This document shows positions 1 through 10,258 of a stretch of DNA of 64,000 nt, piece after piece. Origin of the DNA: Alphaproteobacteria bacterium (GTDB taxonomy: Bacteria > Pseudomonadota > Alphaproteobacteria > CACIAM-22H2); assembly GCA_036381615.1 (NCBI GenBank), contig DASVCL010000012.1, forward strand, positions 56,823 to 120,822, read 5' to 3'. A program made the position numbers and the translations under genes. The notes under the pieces are model-generated. The model saw only the letters and a program-made list of their open reading frames with translations, had not been told where the DNA came from and did no database searches. Every line of letters begins with the position of its first letter. Within the stretch, counting starts at the first letter, position 1.

Positions 1-147
1 TATGAGGATCACACGGAGATGGCTTCGATTACGTTGAACAAAGCGGGCGGCTCAACCGCGACCACTGACGATCGAAGCTGCGCAGTTCGTCGCAGCATTG
101 CGAATTAACTCTCCCGCACGAGTTCATTCGGGAGCCCGGCTCGATAT

Positions 148-927
148 ATGGCAACGCAGGACAAAATCTCAGAGCGAAGCGAGGGATTCTCCTTGGCGTT
201 TCCAGCTTGGCAGTGGCGGATATTCAAGCGGGCAGTCGGGCGAAAGAACCGCTTCAAGCCGTTCAGCCGTGCATTCGGAAGCGAGCGCGGACGTCCGATC
301 GATCGATTCTATATCGACCGCTTCATCGAGGCTGAGTCCGCGGCGATCTGCGGGCGCGTTCTTGAAATCGGCGACGACAATTACACGCGGCGCTTCGGCG
401 GGACGCGCGTCACGCGGTCGGACGTTCTGTTCCCGACACCAGGCAATCCCGCCGCAACGATCGTCGCCGATCTATGCGATGCCCGTAACATTCCGGATCG
501 AAGCTTCGACTGCATCATCCTGACCCAGGTCTTGCAGTACATCTACGATCACCATGCCGCCGTGCGAACGCTCCACCGGATACTCAAGCCCGGCGGCACG
601 GTGCTTGCAACCCTCCCCTTCATCTCCGCGTTCAGCGGCAAGGATCATCAGCTTTGGGGAGAGCACTGGCGGTACACGTCAAAGGCTGCCCGCCGAATGT
701 TCGTGGATGTGTTCGGCGACGACAACGTGCACGTGAGGAGCTACGGCAACCTGCTTACGGTCACCGCCTTCCTGCACGGCTTCGCCGTCGAGGACCTCGA
801 CCCCGACGACTTCACGTACGACGATCCGCTGATCGAGATGATCTCCACCGTGAAGGCGTCGAAGCCAATGCCGCGGATCCAGCCGGCACACATGCCGGGG
901 ACGGAGATGGCCGGCACGGAAGCATAG
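148..927 (+). CDS. class I SAM-dependent methyltransferase (type often found beside glycosyltransferase loci)
   Basis: 259 aa ORF; VLEIGD motif-I-like segment and FDCIILTQVLQY...LKPGG post-motif pattern. Confidence 0.75.
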   Translation: MATQDKISERSEGFSLAFPAWQWRIFKRAVGRKNRFKPFSRAFGSERGRPIDRFYIDRFIEAESAAICGRVLEIGDDNYTRRFGGTRVTRSDVLFPTPGNPAATIVADLCDARNIPDRSFDCIILTQVLQYIYDHHAAVRTLHRILKPGGTVLATLPFISAFSGKDHQLWGEHWRYTSKAARRMFVDVFGDDNVHVRSYGNLLTVTAFLHGFAVEDLDPDDFTYDDPLIEMISTVKASKPMPRIQPAHMPGTEMAGTEA

Positions 928-937
928 GACGGGCCGG

Positions 938-1924
938 CTACTTCGGGTCCGGCGTCCGCTGCCTCTCCGTCTCGCGAAAGAGCTGGACGTTACGATTGTG
1001 CTCTGCCAGCGTGCGCGCGAACAGGTGCCGGCCAGAGCCGTCCGCGACGAAGTAGAGTTCGTCGGTCTGGAGAGGATTGAGCACGGCTGCCAGCGCGGCA
1101 CGCCCCGGATTTGCAATCGGCGTGGGCGGCAGCCCGGAAATGACATACGTATTCCAAGGATGCGGCGTCTCGAGATCCGCGCGCGTCAGCGCCCGGTCGA
1201 GCGGCCCCTGCCCGTTCGTGAGGCCATAGATCACGGTCGGATCCGCCTGGAGGCGCATCCCCCGTCGCAAACGGTTGATGAACACGGCGGCGATCCGCGG
1301 ACGTTCGTCGGGTACCGCCGTTTCCTTCTCGACGATCGAAGCGAGAATGACGGCCTGCGCGGGCGTCGCAAGCGGAAGGTTCGGGGCGCGATTGGCCCAG
1401 AGCTCGGCGAGCGTCTCGCGCATGGCGCGGCGCTGACGTTCGAGCATCCGTTCGCGCGAATCGCCCCAGCTGTAGAAGTAGGTATCCGGCAGCAATTCTC
1501 CCTCGCCGGGAACCGATCCGATCTGGCCGTGGAGCCCCTCTGCCGATTCGAGAAGGGCGATCGCCTGTCTGGTCGTGAAGCCTTCGGGCAACGTCAACCG
1601 GCGCACGACCGTTCGACCGCTTGCGATCAGCCTGGCGGCGGCGCGAGGCGAAACGGCCGCCGGGAAGGCGTACTCGCCGGCCTTAAGCTCCCGCCAGGTA
1701 CCGTCCAGGCGGCTCCCCACCCTAAAGGGAATCGGCCCGGCGATTACCCCACGCTCGGTCAGCAATCGCGCGATCTGGTCGGTGCCGGCACCGCGTGGAA
1801 TCACGACGTTGACCGGCGCGACGAGCGGCCCGGGGGCCTGATAGCGGTACCAGATCCAGCCGATGGCGCCGACGGCGACCAGCGCGAGCGCGACAATTGC
1901 GGCGAGACGTAGGGACCTAGTCAG
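938..1924 (-). CDS. mltG: endolytic murein transglycosylase MltG (YceG family)
   Basis: LASIVEKET, RL...MRLQADPT, SPWNTY-like and GLPPTPIANPG motifs. Frame stays open upstream of the tracked GTG (1804) through a TM helix (LAAIVALALVAVGAIGWIWY); probable start CTG at 1924 overlapping fabF TGA. Confidence 0.9.
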   Translation of the reverse strand: MTRSLRLAAIVALALVAVGAIGWIWYRYQAPGPLVAPVNVVIPRGAGTDQIARLLTERGVIAGPIPFRVGSRLDGTWRELKAGEYAFPAAVSPRAAARLIASGRTVVRRLTLPEGFTTRQAIALLESAEGLHGQIGSVPGEGELLPDTYFYSWGDSRERMLERQRRAMRETLAELWANRAPNLPLATPAQAVILASIVEKETAVPDERPRIAAVFINRLRRGMRLQADPTVIYGLTNGQGPLDRALTRADLETPHPWNTYVISGLPPTPIANPGRAALAAVLNPLQTDELYFVADGSGRHLFARTLAEHNRNVQLFRETERQRTPDPK

Positions 1925-3183
1925 TGCAGCGCCGAGAAAATGAGCGAGGCGTTGGTTCCGCCGAAGCCGAACGAGTTCGACAGCGCATAGCGAACCGGCC
2001 GCTCCTTGGCCTGATGCGGAACCAGATCGATGTCGCAGCCTGGCGACGGATTGTCGAGATTACGCGTCGGCGGCACGACCTGATCACGGATCGCGAGGAT
2101 GGAGAAAATCGCCTCCACGCTACCGGCCGCGCCCAGGAGGTGGCCGATCGCCGATTTCGTCGACGACATCGACAGCTTGTTGGCATGGTCGCCGAACAGC
2201 CGCTTTACGGCACCGAGCTCGATTTCGTCGCCCAGCGGCGTCGAGGTACCATGCGCATTGATGTAGTCGATCGCTTCCGGGTTGAGCTTGGCACGCTTGA
2301 GAGCGTTCCGCATCGCCCGGTACGCGCCGTCACCGTTCTCCGCCGGCGCCGTGATATGATACGCATCGCCGGAAAGCCCGTAACCGACGACTTCCGCGTA
2401 GATCTTCGCGCCGCGCTTCTTCGCGTGCTCGTACTCCTCGAGCACCACCACGCCGGCCCCCTCGCCCATTACGAATCCGTCCCGGTCCCTGTCCCAAGGG
2501 CGCGAGGCGCGTGGCGGGTCGTCGTTGAAGTTCGTCGACAAGGCGCGCGCGGCAGCGAAACCGGCAATGCCCAGCCGGCAAACGGCCGCTTCCGCCCCGC
2601 CGGCGATCATGACATCCGCATCGTCGAGTTGGATCAACCGTGCCGCATCACCGATCGCATGGGCGCCGGTCGAGCACGCCGTCACGACGGAGTGGTTCGG
2701 TCCCTTGAAGCCGTATTTGATCGAGACGTGACCTGAAGCCAGATTGATGAGCGCCGACGGGATGAAGAAGGGACTGATGCGGCGCGGCCCCTTCTCCTTC
2801 AGGGTGATCGAACCGTCGTAGATCGAGGGAAGACCGCCGATACCCGAGCCGATCATCACGCCGGTGCGTTCGCGGGCATCGTCCGTCTCCGGCTTCCAGC
2901 CGGAATCCTCGATGGCCTGGGTCGCGGCGGCGATCGCAAAGATGATGAACTCGTCCATCTTGCGCTGTTCCTTGGGCGGCACCCAATCGTCCGCATTGAA
3001 CAGCCCCGATGCCGTGTCGCCTCGCGGCACCTGCCCGGCAACCTTGGCCGGCAGATCGGAGACGTCGAAGGATTGAATTCCACGCAATCCCGATTCGCCA
3101 GCGATCAACCGCTTCCAGGTAGCTTCCACGCCGCAACCGAGCGGCGTGACCAATCCAAGCCCCGTGACGACAACCCGTCTCAT
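1921..3183 (-). CDS. fabF: beta-ketoacyl-ACP synthase II
   Basis: MRRVVVTGLG start with GGAG SD; catalytic TAC, AHGTST and GHLLGAAG motifs; NSFGFGGTN C-terminus. Confidence 0.97.
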   Translation of the reverse strand: MRRVVVTGLGLVTPLGCGVEATWKRLIAGESGLRGIQSFDVSDLPAKVAGQVPRGDTASGLFNADDWVPPKEQRKMDEFIIFAIAAATQAIEDSGWKPETDDARERTGVMIGSGIGGLPSIYDGSITLKEKGPRRISPFFIPSALINLASGHVSIKYGFKGPNHSVVTACSTGAHAIGDAARLIQLDDADVMIAGGAEAAVCRLGIAGFAAARALSTNFNDDPPRASRPWDRDRDGFVMGEGAGVVVLEEYEHAKKRGAKIYAEVVGYGLSGDAYHITAPAENGDGAYRAMRNALKRAKLNPEAIDYINAHGTSTPLGDEIELGAVKRLFGDHANKLSMSSTKSAIGHLLGAAGSVEAIFSILAIRDQVVPPTRNLDNPSPGCDIDLVPHQAKERPVRYALSNSFGFGGTNASLIFSALH

Positions 3184-3260
3184 CATCGTTCTCCGTCGCG
3201 AAGGCTCACGCCTTCGGGGATCCACCGCATCGAGCTGCGGCACTCACGCGCCGGATCCCT

Positions 3261-3494
3261 CTATTTGTGCTGCTCGATGTAGGCGATCGCGTCCTTGACG
3301 GTCGTGATCTTCTCGGCGGCGTCGTCGGGGATCTCGCAGCCGAACTCTTCCTCGAATGCCATCACAAGCTCGACCGTATCGAGGCTGTCGGCCCCCAGGT
3401 CATCGACAAAGCTTGCGTTCTCCGTAACCTTCGACTCGTCTACCCCCAGATGCTCGACCACGATCTTTTTGACCCGCTCTGCGACGTCGCTCAT
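3261..3494 (-). CDS. acpP: acyl carrier protein
   Basis: 77 aa acidic protein with [12 protein letters not shown] phosphopantetheine site. Confidence 0.98.
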   Translation of the reverse strand: MSDVAERVKKIVVEHLGVDESKVTENASFVDDLGADSLDTVELVMAFEEEFGCEIPDDAAEKITTVKDAIAYIEQHK

Positions 3495-3665
3495 CGCCTT
3501 TCACCTTTCGCTCTTTGCGGCTGTAAAGTTTTGAATTTGGTTGTCCGCCCCAAGCCCGGCGAGATCGGCCGGACGGCGCGAGGCGCGGTTTGGTAACACA
3601 AACGAGGTGCCTTGACCAGCGTCGCGAGGGGGCACGGCGGACACCGGATCATCCAGTAAAAACAA

Positions 3666-4403
3666 TCATATCATGGCCATTCCGCCGTTAACGTGCAAGG
3701 TCTGGCCCGTCACGTAGGCGGCAGCGTCGCTGGCAAGGTAGACAACGGCCCCCGCGATGTCAGCCGGATCCCCCAGGCGGCCCGCCGGGATCGCCGCCTT
3801 GAGGCGCTCGACCTGTTCCGCCGGCAGCACATCGGTCATGGCCGTCGTAATGAACCCTGGCGCAACGCAATTCACGGTAATTCCGCGCGACGCAACTTCC
3901 TGGGCGAGTGCCTTCGACATCCCGATCATCCCGGCTTTGGCCGCCGCATAGTTGGCCTGACCGGGATTGCCTGTCACGCCGACGATCGAGGTGATGCCGA
4001 TCACCCGCCCCCAACGGCGCTTCATCATGCCGCGGAGCGAGGCCCGTGCCAGCCGGAAAGCTGCCGTGAGATTGACGTCGAGAACCGCCTGCCAATCCTC
4101 GTCCTTCATCCGGATCGCCAGGCCGTCGCGCGTAAGCCCGGCATTGTTGACGAGAATATCGATCTGACCGAATGCCGCCTCGGCATCCTTGAACAAGGTA
4201 TCGACACGATCCAGCTGCCCGAGATCGCCCGAAACGACGGCCGTTCGCTCGCCGAGTTCGCGGGCCAAAGCCTCCAGCGAGTCGGTGCGCCGGCCGGACA
4301 GCACGACCTTGGCCCCGGCCTTATGCAACGCGCGGGCAATCGCCCCGCCAATGCCGCCCGAAGCTCCGGTCACGAGCGCATGCTTCCCGGTCAGATCGAA
4401 CAT
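3666..4403 (-). CDS. fabG: 3-oxoacyl-ACP reductase
   Basis: TGASGGIG, NNAG and YAAAK motifs; position between fabD and acpP. Confidence 0.96.
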   Translation of the reverse strand: MFDLTGKHALVTGASGGIGGAIARALHKAGAKVVLSGRRTDSLEALARELGERTAVVSGDLGQLDRVDTLFKDAEAAFGQIDILVNNAGLTRDGLAIRMKDEDWQAVLDVNLTAAFRLARASLRGMMKRRWGRVIGITSIVGVTGNPGQANYAAAKAGMIGMSKALAQEVASRGITVNCVAPGFITTAMTDVLPAEQVERLKAAIPAGRLGDPADIAGAVVYLASDAAAYVTGQTLHVNGGMAMI

Positions 4404-4467
4404 GTGGTCCCCCACGTTGCAACAGCGTTGTTGGCGTCGCGTCCGGTCGACGACGTTCCCGAAACGG

Positions 4468-5409
4468 TCAAATCGTCTTGAGGAAGGCCTCGATATCTGC
4501 CGGCCCCTGGACGGAGATTCCCGTGAGCTCGGGATCGATTCGGCGCACGAGACCGGTCAACACCTTGCCCGCGCCGATTTCGACCAAGGTCGAGACTCCC
4601 TGTCCCTTCATGTAGATGACGCTTTCGCGCCAGCGAACCAGGCCGGTAACCTGCTGGACGAGCAGCTTGCGTATCGTCTCTGGGTCGCTGACGGCCGACG
4701 CGGTCACGTTCGCCACGATCGGCACGCGCGGCGGCGCGATGGTGATCCCCGCCAGCGCCTCCGCCATGACATCTGCAGCAGGTTTCATCAAGGCGCAATG
4801 GAACGGCGCGCTGACGGGCAGCATGATGGCGCGCTTGCCGCCCCTCGCCTTGGCAATTTCCACCGCCCGTTCAACCGCTGCACGCGCGCCGCTGACCACC
4901 ACCTGTCCCGGCGCATTGTCGTTTGCCGCGTCGCAGACGTCGCCCTGCCGCGCCTCTTCGGCCACCGCCATAGCCGTCTCGAGGTCCAGCCCGAGCAGAG
5001 CCGCCATCGCCCCCTCACCGACCGGAACCGCCTGCTGCATCGCCTCGCCACGCCGTCGCAGGAGCCGTGCGGCATCTGCGAGCGGAATGGCACCGGCGGC
5101 GGCGAGCGCCGTGTACTCACCGAGCGAATGCCCCGCGACGAACGAGGCAACCTTCGGAAGATCCACCCCTCCCTCGCGCTCCAGCACACGCAGAACGGCA
5201 ATGCTTACGGCCATCAGGGCCGGTTGAGCATTGGCCGTCAGCGTCAGGTCGGACTCGGGACCTTCGAACATCAATTTCGAGAGCCGCTGCTTCAGCGCAT
5301 CATCGACTTCTTCGAAAACCTCGCGTGCCGGTGCGAACGCTGCGGCAAGGTCACGCCCCATCCCGACAGCCTGCGACCCCTGACCCGGAAATGTGAATGC
5401 GCGTGCCAT
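4468..5409 (-). CDS. fabD: malonyl-CoA:ACP transacylase
   Basis: FPGQGSQ, GHSLGEY (catalytic Ser) and VSAPFH motifs; start could be 5418. Confidence 0.97.
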   Translation of the reverse strand: MARAFTFPGQGSQAVGMGRDLAAAFAPAREVFEEVDDALKQRLSKLMFEGPESDLTLTANAQPALMAVSIAVLRVLEREGGVDLPKVASFVAGHSLGEYTALAAAGAIPLADAARLLRRRGEAMQQAVPVGEGAMAALLGLDLETAMAVAEEARQGDVCDAANDNAPGQVVVSGARAAVERAVEIAKARGGKRAIMLPVSAPFHCALMKPAADVMAEALAGITIAPPRVPIVANVTASAVSDPETIRKLLVQQVTGLVRWRESVIYMKGQGVSTLVEIGAGKVLTGLVRRIDPELTGISVQGPADIEAFLKTI

Positions 5410-5552
5410 TGGCGGCATAATCCCATGGTGGTAAAGCGGGGCTCACGTACTGGGGCTGAGCGGCGAAGTCAAGCCAGCGTGCGACCCGGGGCCGATACCG
5501 GCAACCGGTAATGTCGCGCGAATTTTCAGGTGCGGTAGATGGGGGATTGGAG

Positions 5553-6116
5553 ATGGCATCTGAAACGGGCAGGCTCGTCTACGTCATGGGACCATCCGGC
5601 GCCGGCAAGGACTCGGTCCTGCGCGAGGCGAGAAGCCGTATCGACGGGCGCTATCCGGTCGCCTTCGCGCATCGCTACATTACGCGGCCGCCGACTGCCG
5701 GCGACGAAAATCACGTCGCGGTAACCGTCGCCGAATTCGAACTGCGCCGCGCCCGGGGGCTTTTCGCCATGTCGTGGAAGGCGCACGGCCTGCTTTATGG
5801 CATCGGCATCGAAGTCGAGCAGTGGCAAAGGGCCGGCCTGGTCGTCGTCGTCAGCGGATCGCGTCAGCATTTTCAGGAGAATCTGACGACCGCCTGCGAC
5901 GTGGTACCAGTGCTCATTACGGCCGATACGGCCACGCTGGCGCGCCGGCTTTCAGCCCGTGGCCGGGAGAGCGATCAGGCGGTGACGGATCGCCTAAGTC
6001 GCGGTGCTTCCTTCAAAGTCACACATCCGAACTTGGTCACGATCGACAATTCAGGTGCGCTCGAACATGCCGGACAGCGGCTCGCCGATTTGATCGTCTC
6101 GTTGATATCCCGTTAG
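5553..6116 (+). CDS. phnN: ribose 1,5-bisphosphokinase (guanylate-kinase fold)
   Basis: GPSGAGKDS P-loop, AHRYITRP, ENH and W.AHGL.YGIG motifs; GGAG SD before ATG 5553. Confidence 0.9.
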   Translation: MASETGRLVYVMGPSGAGKDSVLREARSRIDGRYPVAFAHRYITRPPTAGDENHVAVTVAEFELRRARGLFAMSWKAHGLLYGIGIEVEQWQRAGLVVVVSGSRQHFQENLTTACDVVPVLITADTATLARRLSARGRESDQAVTDRLSRGASFKVTHPNLVTIDNSGALEHAGQRLADLIVSLISR

Positions 6117-6381
6117 ACCCTCGTCCTGCTCATCGCATCTCGGTCGGTGGACGGCAAGGCGTGCGCGACGCTCAGGTTTAAGGCGCCGCAATGGGTCCGG
6201 ATCGCTCGCCTCGCAACGCGCGGTCGGCATCTCCTCCGTATTCGAGACGCGCAAAGGCCTCCAGCCGTCGGCGGGTCGTACCCCCGACACCATCCACGTC
6301 ACAGACCACTGCTCCCTCGGCTGACGCGCCGCGGAGGTCATGGGCCCGGAGGATCGACGGATCGACCGGCAGGTGCCCCGC

Positions 6382-6978
6382 TCAGTCGTCGAACACCTCG
6401 TTGATGCGAATGACCCTCGGCCCGTACGAGTCGACCGATACCGTGCTCACGGATGCCGGATCGATCTGCAGTCGCTGAAAGAGGTCGAGAGGCATCCCGA
6501 GATAGTAAGCAAGGGCGGCCCGGATCACGTCACCATGGCTGACGGCCAGGATACGGCCGTCGGGCCACTTGCGACGAACCTCATCGAGAAACCCGACGAT
6601 CCGGAGCTGCGCCTCGGGCATCAGTTCCCCACCGGGAATCCGGGTGCCGCTCCGAAACGAGTTGTAGGCTGCCCAAAGCTCGTCTCGCCGCAGATCATCG
6701 AAATCGCGCCCGGCCCACAGGCCGTAATCGATTTCGCTGATCGCTTCCACAACCTCGAAAGGAAGGTCGAGCCGCTGCGCGATCGGTCTCGCCGTTTCCT
6801 GGGCCCGATCGAGCGGACTGCTGAATATGCGGTCGATGGGTCGCAGGCAGAGGCGCTCAGCCAAACGCTTCGCCTGCGCCAATCCCTCCGCACTCAGATG
6901 GACCCCCGACGTGCGACCGAGAATACGCTCGCCGAATGCGGCGTGCTTGGCGTGACGGACGAGGACAAAGGTGGTCAC
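6382..6978 (-). CDS. histidine phosphatase superfamily protein (phosphoglycerate-mutase-like)
   Basis: LVRHA (RHG variant), SSPL.RA.ETA and VSHGD motifs; GTG start overlaps ino1 TGA. Confidence 0.85.
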   Translation of the reverse strand: MTTFVLVRHAKHAAFGERILGRTSGVHLSAEGLAQAKRLAERLCLRPIDRIFSSPLDRAQETARPIAQRLDLPFEVVEAISEIDYGLWAGRDFDDLRRDELWAAYNSFRSGTRIPGGELMPEAQLRIVGFLDEVRRKWPDGRILAVSHGDVIRAALAYYLGMPLDLFQRLQIDPASVSTVSVDSYGPRVIRINEVFDD

Positions 6979-8054
6979 GCCTCACCACGGATAAATGCCT
7001 CCGTGCGCAGCCGCGCTTCCCCGTCCGTAAGCTGACGAGGCGGCGACTTCATGAAGTAGCTGCACGGGCCGTAAAGCGCCCCGCCGATGCCGCGGTCGAG
7101 CGCAAGCTTGGCGCAACGGATGGCATCAATCACAACCCCGGCGGAATTCGGCGAGTCCCATACCTCGAGCTTCAGCTCGCAGTTCAATGGAACGCTGCCG
7201 AACGCGGTCCCCTCCATGCGGATATAGCACCATTTGCGATCACCCAGCCACGGCACGAAATCGCTCGGGCCGACATGGGCCTGCCCCGGCGACAGCGTGT
7301 AGTCGAGCTGGCTGGTGACGGCACGGGTCTTGGAGAGCTTCTTCGACTCAAGGCGCTCGCGCTCGAGCATGTTCAGGAAATCGGTGTTGCCGCCGAAATT
7401 GAGCTGGTAGGCCCGATCCACCCGAACCCCTCGCTCGCGAAACAGGCTCGTCAACACGCGATGGACGATCGTCGCGCCGATCTGCGACTTCACGTCATCG
7501 CCGATGAGCGGCAGGCCCCGTTCCTCGAACCGGCGGCGCCAGTTCTCTCGCGACGCGATAAACACCGGGATGCAATTGATGAAGGCGCAGCCCGCGGAAA
7601 GCGCCTGCTCCGCATACCACTCGGTTGCCTTCTCCGATCCGACCGGCAGGTACGAAACGACGATTTCCGTCCGTGTTTCCCTCAGCGCGGCGGCCACATC
7701 CACCGGCTGCTCTTCCGCCTCCCGAATTTCGTCGCGCAGATACTTGCCGATTCCGTCGTGCGTTACGCCGCGATGGACCACAACGCCAAGACGGGGAACC
7801 TCGGCGAACCTGCAGGTGTTGTTCGGCGCCGCGAACACGGCTTCGGAAAGATCCTTGCCGACCTTGGTGGCATTGATGTCGAAAGCCGCGGAAAACTCGA
7901 TATCTCGGACGTGGTATCCGCCAAGATCCACATGCATCAGGCCGGGGACGAAATCGGCCGCGTCAGCATTGCCATAGAACTGGATGCCCTGCACCAGCGC
8001 GGATGCGCAGTTTCCGACCCCGACGATCGCCACCCGGGCCTTTCCCGACGTCAT
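6975..8054 (-). CDS. ino1: inositol-3-phosphate (myo-inositol-1-phosphate) synthase
   Basis: [38 protein letters not shown] and WDSPNSAG motifs; GAGGGG SD before ATG 8054. Confidence 0.93.
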   Translation of the reverse strand: MTSGKARVAIVGVGNCASALVQGIQFYGNADAADFVPGLMHVDLGGYHVRDIEFSAAFDINATKVGKDLSEAVFAAPNNTCRFAEVPRLGVVVHRGVTHDGIGKYLRDEIREAEEQPVDVAAALRETRTEIVVSYLPVGSEKATEWYAEQALSAGCAFINCIPVFIASRENWRRRFEERGLPLIGDDVKSQIGATIVHRVLTSLFRERGVRVDRAYQLNFGGNTDFLNMLERERLESKKLSKTRAVTSQLDYTLSPGQAHVGPSDFVPWLGDRKWCYIRMEGTAFGSVPLNCELKLEVWDSPNSAGVVIDAIRCAKLALDRGIGGALYGPCSYFMKSPPRQLTDGEARLRTEAFIRGEA

Positions 8055-8143
8055 ATCCCCTCGTGCATGGTGCCCACCAAAATCGCCATGACCCGCAGCT
8101 CGCTTCGCAAGCGACAGCGCGGTACCCGTACCGATCTCCACAA

Positions 8144-8168
8144 AACGGCCAAGCCAATGCCTGGTTCC
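8144..8168 (-). promoter_or_regulatory. sigma-EcfG-type promoter for ino1-phosphatase (GGAAC-N16-CGTT)
   Basis: + strand AACG at 8144-8147 and GTTCC at 8164-8168, 16-nt spacer; ~90 nt upstream of ino1. Confidence 0.8.
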
Positions 8169-8217
8169 TTGCGGGATGTGCGTGCGGGAAACGCGACGAC
8201 GGAATACTCGCCGCTCA

Positions 8218-8242
8218 GGAACTCAAAGCGGCACAGTACGTT
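8218..8242 (+). promoter_or_regulatory. sigma-EcfG-type promoter for the glycosyltransferase operon (GGAAC-N16-CGTT)
   Basis: GGAAC 8218-8222 and CGTT 8239-8242; upstream of ATG 8359. Confidence 0.8.
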
Positions 8243-8358
8243 GAACCGGCCATGCGGCGCTGCATCCGCGCATTTCCGCAAGCTCTCTCCTGCGCTGCCC
8301 CTGTTTCGGCGCAAGACGCATCCCGATCACAACGACAGACGCCTTGCCGTCATAAACG

Positions 8359-9471
8359 ATGAAGTTCGTCATTTTCGGCCTCACGATAAGTTCGTCCTGG
8401 GGCAATGGCCACGCGACGCTCTGGCGCGGACTGTTCAACGCACTCAGACGTCGCGATCACCACGTGGTCTTCTTCGAACGCGACGTTCCCTACTATGCCG
8501 CCCACCGCGACTTGGATCAGCTGGATGGCGGCAACCTCATCCTCTATCCTGACTGGGACAGCATCACGCCGGCGGCAATACGGCATCTGGACGACGCAGA
8601 CGTCGCAATCGTCACCTCGTACTGCCCCGATGGAATTGCCGCATCGGATCTCGTGCTTTCGTCACCGCGCCCCGTCCACCTGTTCTACGATCTTGACACC
8701 CCGGTTACGCTCGCGCGGATCGAGGCCGGGGAGCCGACCGGATACATCGGCCCGCGCGGCTTGCGCGACTTCGATCTGGTGCTGAGCTATACCGGCGGCG
8801 ATGCCCTCAGGCAGTTGAGTACGCGGCTGGAAGCACGACGTGTCGCTGCTCTCTATGGTTGCGTCGATCCGGAGGTGCACCGCCCGGCACCGGTGGTGCC
8901 GGCGTATCGTGCCGATCTGTCCTATCTCGGCACCTATGCCCGCGATCGGCAGGATGTGCTCGAAGCGCTGTTCGTCGAACCTGCGCGTATGAGGTCGGCG
9001 CGCCGCTTCGTCCTGGGAGGTGCCGAGTATCCGTACGCATTTCCCTGGACCGAGAACATCTATTTTGTTCGTCACCTGCCGCCGGGAGAGCATGCGGCAT
9101 TCTTCAGTTCGTCGCGCGTGACACTGAACGTGACCCGCACGGCGATGGCCCGTTTAGGCTACTGCCCTTCGGGCAGATTGTTCGAGGCCGCCGCCTGCGG
9201 CACGCCGATCCTGACGGATTGGTGGGACGGGCTCGACGAGTTTTTCCGACCCGGCGAAGAGATTCTGGTCGCAGGCAAGACCGCTGACAGCATCGCCGCA
9301 ATCGAGGCCGATGACGCCGAACTCGCACGAATTGCGCGACTGGCGCGCGAGCGCACACTTGACGAACACACGGCAGACCGCCGCGCGCTCGAACTCGAAC
9401 AGATTCTCGATACCCTTTCGGCGGAACCAAAGGCCGTGCGTACGTCACAGATGAACCCGGTCCCGAGCTGA
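8359..9471 (+). CDS. CgeB-like GT-B glycosyltransferase
   Basis: MKFVIFGLTISSSWGNGHAT N-terminus; C-terminal SGRLFEAAACG.PI motif typical of CgeB/Glyco_trans_1_2 proteins (recalled). Confidence 0.8.
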   Translation: MKFVIFGLTISSSWGNGHATLWRGLFNALRRRDHHVVFFERDVPYYAAHRDLDQLDGGNLILYPDWDSITPAAIRHLDDADVAIVTSYCPDGIAASDLVLSSPRPVHLFYDLDTPVTLARIEAGEPTGYIGPRGLRDFDLVLSYTGGDALRQLSTRLEARRVAALYGCVDPEVHRPAPVVPAYRADLSYLGTYARDRQDVLEALFVEPARMRSARRFVLGGAEYPYAFPWTENIYFVRHLPPGEHAAFFSSSRVTLNVTRTAMARLGYCPSGRLFEAAACGTPILTDWWDGLDEFFRPGEEILVAGKTADSIAAIEADDAELARIARLARERTLDEHTADRRALELEQILDTLSAEPKAVRTSQMNPVPS

Positions 9472-9478
9472 GAGCACC

Positions 9479-10252
9479 ATGTGGGGAATCATCCCAGCCG
9501 CCGGGAGCGGCACGCGCATTCAGCCACTTGCGTTCTCGAAGGAGCTGTTACCGGTCGGAAGCCGCCGTGATGGCCAGACCGAACGCCCCAGGGCCGTGAG
9601 CGAGTACCTGGTCGAGCGGATGGTCGCGGCAGGAGCGGACAAGATCTGCTTCGTCATCTCACCCGGAAAATCGGACATTCTGGAATATTTCGGTGCAGGC
9701 GTCGGCGCGGCCGATTTCGCCTATGTGGTCCAGCAACGACCGCTCGGCCTGTGCGATGCCATCTTCCGGGCCGTGCCGCTGATTCGCGCTGACGAGCCGG
9801 TCATGATCGGGCTTCCGGACACGATCTGGTTCCCGGCAGACGGCCTGAGACATCTTCCCGACGATACATTGTCATTTCTTCTGTTTCCGGTTGCGCAGCC
9901 GGAGCTCTTCGATGCGGTCATCACGGACCGCTCAGGTCGCGTCATGCAGATCCAGGTCAAATGCCCGAATCCGCAATCGTCCTGGATCTGGGGGGCCTTC
10001 AAACTCCCCGGCGCGATCTTGCATGAACTGTTCCGTCTTTGGTGCGAGCGCGGCAGACGGGACGAGTATATCGGAACGCTCGTCAATCATTATGTCGCGA
10101 TGGGCGGTACGGCGATCGGTTTTCCCGCCGGCCGCGCGTATGTCGACGTCGGCACCGTGCACGGCTATCGCGAGGCCATCCGTCTGCTTTCGGAATCCGC
10201 AGCAGAGCCGACGCATGCCGCCGATCTTACGGTAATCACGAGCGATGCCTGA
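9479..10252 (+). CDS. sugar-phosphate nucleotidyltransferase family protein
   Basis: GIIPAAGSGTRIQPL...KELLP signature; QQRPLGL..A and DVGT motifs. Confidence 0.85.
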   Translation: MWGIIPAAGSGTRIQPLAFSKELLPVGSRRDGQTERPRAVSEYLVERMVAAGADKICFVISPGKSDILEYFGAGVGAADFAYVVQQRPLGLCDAIFRAVPLIRADEPVMIGLPDTIWFPADGLRHLPDDTLSFLLFPVAQPELFDAVITDRSGRVMQIQVKCPNPQSSWIWGAFKLPGAILHELFRLWCERGRRDEYIGTLVNHYVAMGGTAIGFPAGRAYVDVGTVHGYREAIRLLSESAAEPTHAADLTVITSDA

Positions 10253-10258
10253 CCAACC

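Noticed and set aside
6117-6381. Short ORFs between phnN and the phosphatase
   Set aside because: No motif, SD or consistent codon bias; they overlap neighbours
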